64,000 nt of DNA, from assembly GCA_044892505.1 (NCBI GenBank), contig CM097882.1, positions 265,918,001-265,982,000 on the forward strand, read 5' to 3'. This document shows positions 24,495 to 36,652 of this stretch, in pieces (positions within the stretch are counted from its first letter, which is position 1; the number at the start of each line of letters is the position of its first letter). A model generated the notes under the pieces. That model made no database searches. It saw nothing but the letters and a program-made list of their open reading frames with translations, and was not told where the DNA came from. Origin of the DNA: Schmidtea nova (lineage: Eukaryota). Position numbers and translations under genes: made by a program.

Positions 24495-26788
24495 GAAAGT
24501 ATGTGTGTGTAATAAGAATTGAGAGATAAAAACCATCACAAAAGACATTTTGATACTAAAGGTTCGGATAGAAAGGTTCTTCTAGCATGAAAAAAATTAT
24601 TGGAAATATATATAATTACACAACGCGGAGGTATATAAAACGAGCAATAAAACAAAAATATCAAAGTCTTAAAGATCATCACACCAATAAAATAACAAAC
24701 ACACAATATCATCACACTATAGAATTATATGGGCGGTCTGTTCCACTACCCACACGTGTGTTCTCATATTTTTAATTAAATTAAAAATAAAATTCATGTC
24801 TTTGTATTTTAAATTAAAACAAAAAATTCGTATAATTAAAACAAAAAAATTTGGTTAATTTAAACAAAATTTTACTTTATATAAACAAACATATATGTCA
24901 TTATATATGTCATTACATAATCACCGGATTTGTTAAACATTTAATTATATGATTAATATGTAATTATGTAATTAAATGTAATTGTGTGAATATATAATTA
25001 TGTAATTATATAATTAAAAAAGAGGAATAAATGAAGATCATATAAAGGTCAAAATGGGTTATTTAGTTATCTAGACATATGTAGTAGACATGTAGGAGAA
25101 GCCATATAAAATTTTTTTCAACCTGATAACAATTTAATTTATTTATAAAATATTTTATTTCTCATAGATGAAAAGCTTTCAATAAAATAAGATACTTTTT
25201 AAAACAAATTTTATATAATTATGAAGAACTCTGTAACTCGTTAAATATTTTTCTATATATTCTATTTTGATCATGGACACAACTTTTTGATTATATTTCA
25301 AAGATTATAAAAATATAATGTGCTGGTTCTACAAGGAACTTTATTTTATATTTATAAAAATTGAGGTGCGTGTTATACACAGTAAATTAGGGTAAATATA
25401 ATCTATAATTATTAATATAATTCGTGTGGTTGCGTGTAATATTTATGTTTCAATAGATTAAAAACAACTTTCTTTTTCCAAAATAAAACGATTTATTACA
25501 GTCAAATTTATAATATGTTTTTACAATTGAAAGAGCAATACAAAAACGGGATTTTGTAATCCTTGCTGTTTGTTGCAGCCTGCTTTAAATCGTTGGCTCC
25601 TATGTAGGACAAAGATCGCTCAAATAATTTAACAGAAGATCGATAAGTTAGTTGAAAGGATTTTGGCGGACCCAAAGTAAAGAACCCTTCTTTGTATTCG
25701 CTTAATTTTAATAAAAGGGATAAAATTTATCCTTCATTATGCGCCCTTTAATTCAATTTAATTTATAAAATAATAATAATTACTCTGTTTCTGGAATTTT
25801 TCGTTTTCAATTTTTTCTTTCACTAAGAATTTGGCCTGATATTAATATGATTTTCCCCAATCAGAAATCCAGGTGTATTCTAATTGTTTCTCTCATGGGC
25901 TTGAATTTTAGACTCTCTACGCTAAATTCAAGATTTCCTTTTCACTACTTCGATTATCGATTCCATAATTTTGAGCACTCAAACAGCTGCTTTCCTACTT
26001 TATTACTACTAATCCAATTTATTATTTTTCCAAAAGTACTTTTCGCTGCTAATTTTTATTATCGCTCGCACTAAAAATTGATGTCCGTTGTTTTATGTTT
26101 TACTAATATTTATATCATTTTTAAACTATAATTTTTATTTTTGGTAATTCCAAAATTACTATATATAGGGTTATCATAATTTCTCCAAGATAGATCAGTT
26201 CTATTTTTAGTAATTAATCAAAGTTTATTTTTATTTTAAGTAATTATCTATTTCTATTATTGTAATTATTCTATTTTTAGTGATTTTTAATTCTTTGATG
26301 TTTAAGACAAAGGACCAAGTAATTTTGGATTAATTTATGGTTCTTAGTGAATTGCATGATTCGAAATAAATTAAATATTACCCAAAATTTTATTTTTAAT
26401 ATATGGGCTTATACGTGGGTCATCTATTTTGGACTTTTTTCAATTATGCGATTCACATAGAACCCTAAATTAATCCAAAATTACTCGGCCTTTACGCGAA
26501 TATATACGGTTATTCAAAAAGCAATATATTATGTACGATTGACAAATTAAATAAGTAAGCTAGTGAAAACATTTTAGACAATAGAAAAATCAAAATTATT
26601 AATTTAAATTCTTTATTAATTATGAAAAATATTGTTTATCCTTAATTATAAAAATATCGGTTAACCGGTTAACTGGTTAATTAATTATTTTTTAAATCAA
26701 AATTTCCTTTTCTTTTCGATAAGAAATAATCTGCAAGCCTGACAGTATTTTCTTTCAGTGGCTAAAATGATATTTATTTGTGAGACAT

Positions 26789-28031
26789 TTATTTATGATA
26801 AAAGTTTATTCCAATTATCGGGATATATGAGTTTTTGATTAGTTCTTCCGAGATGATCTTTGAAAATATTTTAAAGAAAGATGTTTTTGCTTCATTTTCA
26901 AGCTTGTTGTGGAGGATCGACAGGTAGGATAGGTTGAGAGCTAGCTCATACTTAGGAATTGAAGAGAGATCCACGAATGAAATTAAACCAATGACAGAGT
27001 CTGCGCTAAACTCTCTTTTTGACGAAGCATATCTCACACCACTTTCGATCATAATTCTGAGAGCAGCATGACATGATCTTAGAATCCACATTAATAGTCT
27101 GCTGCGGATCATTGAATCACACTTTGCAAGGAACTTCATAGGATCCACTTCCCACGAACCTAGAGTTGTCATCTCCATGTACGCGTTTTTGATGTTCGAC
27201 ACATTCCGAGAAGTGAGCTCCTTATCTTCAAGATAGACTAGAAGGGAAATCCAAAAATGATTCCAAGTTTGTTTGCTCAATGATAGTGTCACTGTACTCT
27301 TCTTCAAATAGAAAGATCCAGTATCCAATCAATAGAGTCATTTTTAAATGGCAGTGCAAAAGATGTGAACATCTATGTAAAACTAGAGAGTAAAATCTAG
27401 TGACGAATATGCCCGAATTTTTAGATATATTTTTTGAGAATAGTGGTTCTATTTTAAAGTTGATGTCTGAAGATAACAACAGGACGCTAAAAAAGATCGG
27501 ACCTTTAAAGCTAGTCTGCTTTAACAATAACAGTGCGTTGGTTTTGGGTATTCTTTTTAAAACGAATTGGTCATTTCTACATAATTGCAATCTGCTAATG
27601 TTAACTTCCTCTACTAGAATGTTGAGGAACCACAATGAATGAAATAGGTTAGTGTGGAAAACAGTATCTAAGAAGCTATAGTTATCTTTCATTTTAAAAC
27701 CCGAAAAATCTCTTTTCTAAGTACAATCAGCTCATCTTCTTTAATATCCACCTTTGATAATAACACATCTTTAAAATCAAAGCTGCTCTCTACATCCACA
27801 GAAGGTGCATCGGATCTATATGTCTTTTTACTATTGCTTTGACGCTCTATAATCACCTTGTTATTTTTCCATGCTTTCCCACAAACTCCCATCTTTGCAA
27901 GCTCCTATCTATGTTCTTCATTTATGTTCAACTTCACTCTATTCTTGTCCATCTTTGTAACTTTCTTCTTTGGAGAATAATCTTCGTCATTTGATCTCAG
28001 TTCAAGTTCGAACTCCTCATTTGTTCTACAA
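26789..28031 (-). pseudogene. L: Endogenous bunyavirus (phenuivirus-like) L protein, downstream segment (PA-C-like region)
   Basis: LAKMGVCGK; EEVNISRLQLCRNDQFVLKRIPKTNALLLLKQTSFKGPIFFS; SLLVYLEDK...AYMEM...PMKFLAK...RSRLLMW; YLSILHNKLE. Same order as phlebovirus L motifs; one stop and two frameshifts. Confidence 0.85.
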
Positions 28032-30698
28032 CAGGGATGGCGAACCTTTTTTTGACTGCGTGCCAATAAATATTATTTTTATAAAATGAAAATACATGCG
28101 TGCCAATACAAATTATTTTTATTAAATGAAAATACATGCTTTTAAAAATTATATATAGATTCATTTCTATAATATGCTGACATATTTTTTAATGGGATTT
28201 TTGTTGCTGAATATTCCTCGATAATGCATCAATATCCGGATCATAGTTTGACAATTTTAATGAAATACAAGCCTCCCCACATTCATCGGTAAGTCTGTTT
28301 CGTACATCAGATTTTATATTATTCATAATCGAAAATAGACTTTCACAGCTATACGTTGATGAAAATATTGTTAGAATAGCTAAAGACAATTTCTTCATCG
28401 CATTAAATGTTTCTGGGAGCGAACACCATGTCTTCAACAACATATTATTCATGTTTTCGTATTCTTCTTCATTTAATCTTTTTTTTTCATTATTTTCTAT
28501 TTCTTGCCTTAACTCTATAAATTTCAGCTTCCAAATAGAACTTGATTGAAACTCTGCCAACTGCATTTCTAAATTCTCCAACTGCATTTCTAAATTCTCC
28601 AACTGTAACCAGTCTAATTGATCCATTTTAGCAGTTTCCAAATCAAACTTGTCTGGATATTTAATAAAGTTAATTAATGGTTGAAATTTTTTGAAATCTT
28701 GAAATCTCTTAGCAAAATTGTCTTGTATGTCACTTATAACTTGGCTATAAAAATTTATATTAATTTCATAGACTCCATGAATAGAAAATTTTTGAAGGTG
28801 ATCTTTCAACAAAGGAAAATACTTAAAATTATTGTTGTCAATATCGCGTTTAAATATTACTAATTTGGACTCAAAACCTTCAATAATATCGAACATTACA
28901 TCAATTGATTTTCCGGGACCTTGCAATTTAATATTTAATTCATTTCAATCGTTGGAAATATCCGTTAAAAACATTAATTTGGTGATCCAGTTATTATCAA
29001 AAAGTTCAGGAAATTCGGTTTTTTTATCATTAAGAAACATGATAATTTCATCAAAACATTCTACAAAACGTTGTAACACAAATCCTCTACTAAGCCAGCG
29101 TACGTGATTATACATTAACAATCCATGATAATTTGAACCTACCTCTTGTAGAAGCAACTGAAATTGCCGCTTATTCAAAGCTCGAGCTGCTATAAAATTT
29201 ATTATTTTGGAAACAATACTTGAAATATCATCAAATGCTGCCAATCCAGACTTCGCACATAGAACTTCTTGATGAATTATACAATGAAAATTAATAATTG
29301 GATGCCCAACGTGTTCTTGAAAAAGAGATACAAAACCAGCTTGCCGTCCTATCATTGAGGGAGCTCCATCAGTTGTAATTGACACTATTGTTGATGTATC
29401 TATCTCAGCTATTTGAAACGTTTTTATAACTGCATCACTAATATCTTTCCCAGTCGTTTTTGCTGATAAGGAAACTAGTGAAAGCAATTCCTCAACTATT
29501 TTTTTCTCCTTTAGCATAACGAGCAATTATGGACAAGCGAGCTGAAGATGTTACGTCGTTACTTTCATCAAGACATATAGAAAATAGCTTTGCTGAACGT
29601 ATATCATTTATTTTTTTAATATTAATATTTTTATGCATTTTTAATATCCTGTCTTTAACAGTATTTCGACTTATACTTAATTCTTCAATGCGCTTAAGTA
29701 TCTGCTCTTTATTTTGAAAATCTTCAAATAAATGTGGTGCACATTTAATGAAAGCTTCTTTAATATAATCTCCATCGCTAAATGGTTTGCTATGAGTAGC
29801 AATAGTCTTGGAAACCTCAAAACTAGCAGCAACTAAATAATTTGTATGTTTCAAAAATGTAATAAATGAGTTTGATTGTAAAAATCTATTTTTAACTTCA
29901 CGTGCAATATATTCTTTTTGTTCTAAATCACTTTTAGATAAAAGAAATGAATGAGTAGTTTCATAATGTCGTTTTACTGAGGATGTTCTGCACACTACTG
30001 TATTTCCACACAACGCACACAGGGCATTGTTATTGCTTTTCATCATTCCATATTTATCAGTCCACCAATCTTGAAATGGTCTTTTAGAGCTGGCCTCTGT
30101 TTTCCTTTTCTTATTTTCTGACATTCTAAAGTTGAAACATATTATTTATTTATCATTAAAATTGTTAATGAATTACCTTTTGAAATCAATTATAATTGTC
30201 TTCTAAAAATATAAATAGATTTTTTTTATTAGCAAAAAATAATACTAAAATAAGAAAACACAATTTTCAATCGCACTTACAAAGTTTTTAACTGAACTGA
30301 ATTAGAATTAGTGAATTTCAATTTTGGCGAGAATGCAAATATTCATATATATATGTATGTATATATTTGAAAATCCAAAGCATACTATGTTCATTTTAAC
30401 ATTTTTTTATATTTAAAATTACATGTTCATACTTGTACATACCTATACCTACATACGCAAATAATATAATTATATTTTAACGTTATGAATAAAGGCGCCA
30501 GAAATCTGGAAGTTTGTTTTTAAATATCAAAATTTATGCATTAAATTTGAATTGAGTTCACAATTTTTTCAATATCAAAAATGCATTTGGATTAGTCAGT
30601 ACATTACATATGTATGAAAATGAAAAATATTATACGTGCCAGCGAAAATTTATCTGCGTGCCACTTTGGGCACGCGTGCCATAGGTTCGCCATCCCTG
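28032..30698 (-). mobile_element. Complete hAT DNA transposon (Buster group, SPIN/GTF2IRD2-like transposase), 2,667 bp
   Basis: Perfect 16-bp TIRs CAGGGATGGCGAACCT; perfect 8-bp TSD TTCTACAA (28024-28031, 30699-30706). Transposase 30124-28189 with BED-like CxxC..H, LDESND, ITTDGA, FHCIIHQE, RW, STYSCESLFS; one A-run frameshift near 29500 and one in-frame stop at 28945. Confidence 0.98.
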
Positions 30699-31645
30699 TT
30701 CTACAATTTGATATGGCCAAATTCCAAATTTCATCCATAGTCGTTTCTGTGTTTAAAATCTCATTGCTCACAATTTTTAACAAAACTTCTGAACTATACA
30801 AATTATTGATATTTACAAACACTAAAGGTAATTTAATAACTGGCTTTAAGATTTTTGAACAGCTGGCCTTGGAGTTGATCTTTTCACAATAGTCCATTCA
30901 CAAGTCATCGTTTTTTTGCAAGTTGTAGTTTGGATTCTTATTGATGATTTTGCTGACTCTCACTCTATCTTTTAGAGTTTCGTCAAAAGAACTCTCGAAG
31001 TCTCCAAGAGTGTCCATAATGTTCCAAGAAAGAGATTCATTGAGCGTAGTATTAAGCTAGTCCTCTGTGATGATGAGAGGATCTTCGTCAAAATCTGATA
31101 GCACTTGTAATTTGTCAATTTCTGCCAGAATTTCTATCTTTAGCGTATCTTCCTGTCTCTGAAAGTTGAAAATAGAATTCTCCGTACAATACTTTTCAAA
31201 TCTTAATCCTAAGTACATGCCGACTCCCACTCTTCTTAATGTAGATTTTTCGAAATCAAAAAGTGCTCTCAATATTCCCGAGCCAACTACAATTGCACCT
31301 ACAGTGATTTTCTACCCTTTCGATCTTTTCTTCAGAGCCCGCAAGTACTTGGCTATTGCTAAGCTTTCTCTAGTAATTAAGCTTGATTCCTTGGCTGTAT
31401 TTACTGTCTTTAGCTCGATCACCATATAACCATCATTACCTTTAAATATAAAGTCTGGCGTCAGATTTTGATATCAATCGGCAACATCATCCACAATGTT
31501 CACAGATTGATCTGTTTTTGAACTACCAAATAAAATGTCAGCGATTAAATTATGTTGTAATCTTGCTATTTCTTTTTTGCTTAGAACTAACCTATTGCAT
31601 CTCACTAATTTTTCGCTTGCGGTTATTTGATTCATCAGTTTAATG
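30699..31645 (-). pseudogene. L: Endogenous bunyavirus (phenuivirus-like) L protein, upstream segment with cap-snatching endonuclease
   Basis: Single frame with 4 stops: LQHNL (H 31554)...KTDQ...NLTPDF (PD 31458)...VIELKT (E 31416, K 31410)...AIAKYLRALKKRSKG*KITVGAIVVG...KPVIKLP; rejoins 28023 in frame once the hAT is removed. Confidence 0.88.
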
Positions 31646-32291
31646 AATCGACATTGCAAATAATTTTAGGGGTAATTGTCGATTCATTAAAATTAAATTT
31701 TGACTCGTAAAAAGTAATAAATAAATTGAATAATACTTTGCGGTATTCCAGTGATTGAAGTTGCTGTTGCGACTGTATAAAACGAACTGCTTCGTAATGG
31801 AAGCCCAAAGAGTTTGTTTAAACATACAAAACAATTTAAACAAATACATTTTATAATTAATACTATTAATATTAAAAATAAATAATAGTTCATAACAAAA
31901 TGTTGGATTGTTTGACGGAGACACGTAGATTGAAAAAATAAATAGATTTTTTTTACATTGAGATTATCTAATTTTCTTCAAGAATTTATTAATATGAAAA
32001 TATCATTCTTGGTCTATTTTTTCAATCTCTTGTTATTAATCGCTCTTTGATTGAATGGAACTGAAAGTGGAGGTCAATTGGACGGATTAGACAATTCATA
32101 AACAATAATGTTCGCTTTCGAAATTATTAGGAAACTTCAGCGATTTGTTGTCATGGTTATTATTGACAAATTTAGATGGGTGCTGAGTATCAGTAGACGT
32201 TGTAAAAAAATCAGTATTTTTGAAAAGTATTTTCGCGACAAGAATATTAGGAACAGATGCGAGAGAAGGAATGATTAGGAATGGAAATGAT
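31646..32291 (-). repeat. 646-bp direct repeat, downstream copy (putative non-canonical 3' LTR)
   Basis: Near-identical to 36653-37298 (about 2 differences seen); begins right after the PPT GGGGGG(TA). Confidence 0.9.
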
Positions 32292-33136
32292 TACCCCCCA
32301 TCCAGAAACGCTGAGCGTTTTTAAAAAAAAATTTAGAAATGTTAATCTTGATGACAACCCCAAGTTACAAATCGTTGGTTCTAGATAAGCGAGTTGGTAA
32401 GTTTGGGTTTTCGCCGATTCTTTTAGTTCGGTCCCAGTCTGCTATACGAACTTTCTTGATTTGTTGTACTTTGGGTATCTTATTCAATGGTTTTAGAATG
32501 GGGTTCAGTGTAGATTTTGGAATAGCAGTAGGTTGAATATTTATGTCTTTCGACTGTTCCAATATAGTTGCAGGGATAAACCATGTGTTATCTGGTTGAG
32601 ATGATTGTGTTGGCCTCTGAATTGGAATTTGGTTTTGGTTAGATCTTTATTGTAATGTACTGGGTGATGGGCTTTCAATTTGTAACGATGTGACTGATTA
32701 ATTAGTTATGAGGGGTGGAGTGCTTTCGTTTTTGATTGAAAGCAATTTTGGTGGTAATAAAAATTGATGAGGTAAACGAACGACGGTCGGGTTATCCTTC
32801 TGGAAATTATGAATTTGTGTGGTGAATGGTAGTATGGGGTGTTTCAGCCAAAGTTTGCCTGAACAAACTTTGGCTGTTTTTGCTGCATGTGTATTTTTCA
32901 TTTTAAAGCGTCTGTGTGCGCTACCACCAATTGATCAGCGTCTGTGTGCGCATTTTTTAATTGGAGTTATTTTGGATAGGTAAATTTGTAATTTGGAGTT
33001 TAATTGATTTTTAGATTTAATTTTAAGAATTTTTAGATTAGGTTTATTATTGTTTAAATACTCCAATGGAATTTAATTTAGTTTTGATTTGGATTTTAGT
33101 TTCGATTTGGGTGAATTTAGGAATGGAGATCTAGAT
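32292..33136 (-). mobile_element. pol: Gypsy integrase low-complexity C-terminal tail, 3' UTR and polypurine tract
   Basis: ...KKVRIADWDRTKRIGENPNLPTRL resembles the 23119 tail; CGCTCAGCGTTTCTGGATGGGGGGTA PPT at 32292-32317. Confidence 0.75.
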
Positions 33137-33820
33137 TTGTTTCTTTTGAATATTCTTATGAATTCTGGCAAAAAGGTGTATCGAAAATGGAATTTTCATT
33201 GTTTAACTATCCTTTCGCATTCGATGGTATTACGAAAACTCATTTGATGAAAATTGAGGCTAAATGCTTAATGTCAGAAGATTTACCATGCTTCGTAGCA
33301 CAAAGCAGTTTTCATATTACTGTACGAAGAGATAATTTGCTAGGTGATACCGTTAGCCAGTTGCAGCGTGCTTCTCAATGTCACCTTAAAAGGCCATTTA
33401 GGGTTAATTTCATGGGTGAAGATGCTTTAGATGAAAGCGGGGTAATGAAGGAATTGTTCTTACTTGTTGTGCCTCAAGTTTTAAATCCCGATTATGGTCT
33501 CTTTGAAATGTATCCTGAATCAAGACTCTGCTGGTTTAACAAAATGATATTTGATGATAATCTACCGCAGTTTAATGCAATCGGTAGATTGTTTGGTCTG
33601 GCAATTTACAATAATGTTATGATTGATCTTCACTCTCCTCTTGTAATGTTCAAAACATTGTTCAATGAAAAGGCTAATCTAGATGATTTAATCGAGCTCA
33701 ATCCAACCTTGGGGAAATCATTACAGACGTTACTTTATTTCGGTCAAGATGATTTTGAGAATATATTCATGCTTAATTTTGTTATTCCCCCCGGTTCATT
33801 TGACAATAAAATTGAAAGGA
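33137..33820 (+). pseudogene. Captured HECT E3 ubiquitin ligase fragment (small HERC3/4-like N-lobe), antisense to the host Gypsy
   Basis: FNYPFAFD, VRRDNLLGDT, LKRPFRVNFMGEDALDESGVMKELF, NPDYGLF..YPESRLCWF, IGRLFGLAIYN, DDLIELNPTLGKSLQTLL. No C-lobe or catalytic Cys; no introns. Confidence 0.93.
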
Positions 33821-36652
33821 TGTTGCGTTCTGTTGGAAACATGGGGTCTGGAGGATTTGGCGGTGTAAAGTCTTGTGTCTCAGAATGAAATGTAATATTT
33901 GTAGGACTGAGGTCTTCTTCCACATAACCAAAAGCTGGCTTGAGACGGGCTAGATTTATAATTGAATCTATTCCATTAATGGAAACTTTTGCAGTGCTGT
34001 TATCGAATATTTGGAGAAGAGGACACGGTCCTTCATAGCGTGGTCTTAGGCCTATATCAGCAATTGAACGGATCCATACATGTGTTGCGCGATCGAAAGA
34101 TCTGGGAATATATGGCTTGTAAGTGTTAGCCATTGAAAAGTTTGGGTTTGAGTCCAAAGATAGGAAATGATTTCTTGCATCAGCTAGGTTTTCTAAAGTT
34201 GGTTCAGAGTTTAGCTCGACGAGTTCGTTTGGTAAAATGACGTCAGTACCAAACATGAGTTGTGATGGAGAAGAACCAGTTGTTTTCGATGGCGTATTGC
34301 GCCATCCTAGTAAAACAAAAGGTAAGGCCTTTGCCCAGTTCTTTGAAGTTGAGAGGATTCGGAGGGATGCCTTGAGTGTGCGGTGAAACCGCTCGACAGC
34401 TCCATTTGTTTGTGGGTGGTAGGCACTAGTCCTGAGGTGTTTAATTCCTAGTTGTGCAGAAAGTTGTTTAAAAAGATTGGATTCGAACTGGGGTCCTTGA
34501 TCGGTAATGAAATGTAGAGGAACACCAAATATCGAGATCCAATGTTCTATGATCGTCGATGCTACAATCTAGGCAGAAATAGATTTTAAAGGATCTGCGA
34601 CTGGGAAACGAGTTTTTCTGTCCAGCATGGTTAGTATATATGTGTAACCGTTGTCTGGAGGAAATGGTCCAACAAGATCAACATGCACCACTTCAAAACG
34701 GTTTCCAGTTGGAAAGCTATGTAAAGGTGGGCGAGTATGACTGTGGATCTTGTGTTGTTGACATCCTAAGCAAGATTCACACCAGTCTTTTGCGTCCTGT
34801 CTCATACTTGGCCAAATGACACGAGAACGGAGTAAGTTATATGTTGCAGAAATACCGGGGTGATGAAGGTTATGGGTGTGATTGAAAGCTTCGCGTCTTA
34901 GCTTTTCTTGCAAAATTGGGCGGATATTTCCAGATAAGGCGTTGTCGTAATAGATGCCTTTATCAAAAAGCGTTGTATTTTGGAAGAATGACAGGTCTCT
35001 TGCGGAAGGTGGTAAAGACCTGAGAACATCATCAGTGAAGATCGGCTCAGTAGTGATAGTTGCAACAAGATTTCGCGATAGATAATCTGCTACAATATTC
35101 TGGCGACCTGGAAGAGAGTGATAGTGAACGCAAATTCTGATAAGTAACTAATTTGACGTCCCTGTCTTGGTGAAGGAGTCTTCATTTCCATCATGTGAAC
35201 TAGAGGTTTATGGTCAGTTTGTATAGAAAAAGATCTGCCTTCGAGGAGATAACGGAAATGGCGAACTGATTCATATATTGCTAACAATTCGCGGTCGAAC
35301 TTGGAATAGCGTTGTTCCTGTGCAGTTAATTTACGTGAAAAAAATTCAATTTTCTCCTGTCAACCTGTGTTGTTTTGTTCGAGAACTCCAGCAATGCCAA
35401 TGTTGGACGCGTCGGTAGTTAAAAATAGAGGTAGGTTGCTCTTTATGTAGGACAAAGATTGTGCAGTAGAGATTGTGTCCTTAACGGATTGAAAAGCTCT
35501 TTCAAGTTCGTCATTTTACGGTAGGAGAGAGTGTTTTGGACCGCTACAGAGAGCAGAAAGAGGTGCGGTGACCTCGGATATTCTTGGGATGAATCGGTGA
35601 CAGAAATTAACAGTTCCTAAGAAGCTGCGCATTTGGGAAACTGTATTTGGTCGTGAAAATTTGCGGATTGTATCTAGGCGTTCTGGAAGTGGTCTTACTC
35701 CGGAAGTCGATACAAGACGCCCAAGAAATCTAATTACCGATTGAAAGAAAGAACATTTGTCCAAGTTAATTTGCAAATTGTTATTGTGTAGTAACTTGAA
35801 CACTTCTTTGATATGTTCCAAATGTTCCGTTGCATATTTGGAGCTGATGAGGATGTCGTCGATGTATGCCACCATATATTTCTTGTCCCTTAAAATATTA
35901 TCGATGTGTCGCTGGAAGGTTTGAGCTGGGTTCCGTAGACCGAATGGCATGTATTTGTATTCGAACAAGTCAAAAGGGGTAATGAAGGCGGTCTTTGGGA
36001 CGTCTTCTGGTGATACCAGGATTTGGCGGTAAGCCTTTTTTAGGTCTAGGGTAGAGAAGATTGTAGCTTCAAGTAATCTCGAAAGAACGTCTGATATCAG
36101 CGGCATGGGACAAGAGTCATGTACAGTGACTTTGTTGGGGCGTCTGTAGTCACATCAGGCGCGAATAGATCCGTCTTTTTTTGTAACCACGTAGATGGGT
36201 GATGCCCACGGGGAATGCGATCGGTGGATAATACCGGCTGCGAGTAGCTTATTGAATTCTTCCTTGATAAGTGTGAGCTTCTCGGGCGCGAGTGGTCGCA
36301 TGCGTTCTCTAAGAGGCATACCGTTATTGGTGACTATGACGTGTAGAAAAGAGGGAGTTTGTTGGTGATTGTTTGATCTAATTTCGACGTTTGGAAAAGT
36401 CTTTAGTAGTTGTTGTTTACAGTAAGGTGTGGCGAGTAGGACATTGAGAGCGTCGCTACAGAGATGGTCAAGAACTTGAGCTCTAGGTGAGTGCTGTGAA
36501 AGGATTAATTTGCGTTCTCTACAATCAGTCAGTAAACCTTCAGCATCGAGAAAATCGGCACCTAAGAGTGGATGAATGACCTCGGCGACTTGGAATGTCC
36601 ATGAAAAAGTTTTAGACAGGCCAGGAATTCGGAATACTAAATTCTTGGTTCC
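33821..36652 (-). mobile_element. pol: Ty3/Gypsy pol (partial protease, RT, RNase H, integrase), several frameshifts; gag and protease N-terminus absent
   Basis: PLLGADFL; SPWASP; LDLKKAYRQ; YKYMPFGLRNPAQTFQR; YIDD; TDASNIG; RELLAIY; TDHKPL; HNLHHPG..CESC; VHVDLVGP; TDQGPQFES; TNGAVERFHR; PRYEGP. Confidence 0.97.

Noticed and set aside
25540-25700. Possible host exons here and at 13260-13500, 23400-23660, 39139-39351, 44482-44673
   Set aside because: Protein-like stretches with no recognisable motif or consistent splice chain; cannot be supported without a search.
31640-31924. ORFs MSPSNNPTF... (also the first 93 aa of 36155-36931)
   Set aside because: Low-complexity reading of the duplicated 646-bp segment from a GTG start; only the part after SIGTKNL is real pol.
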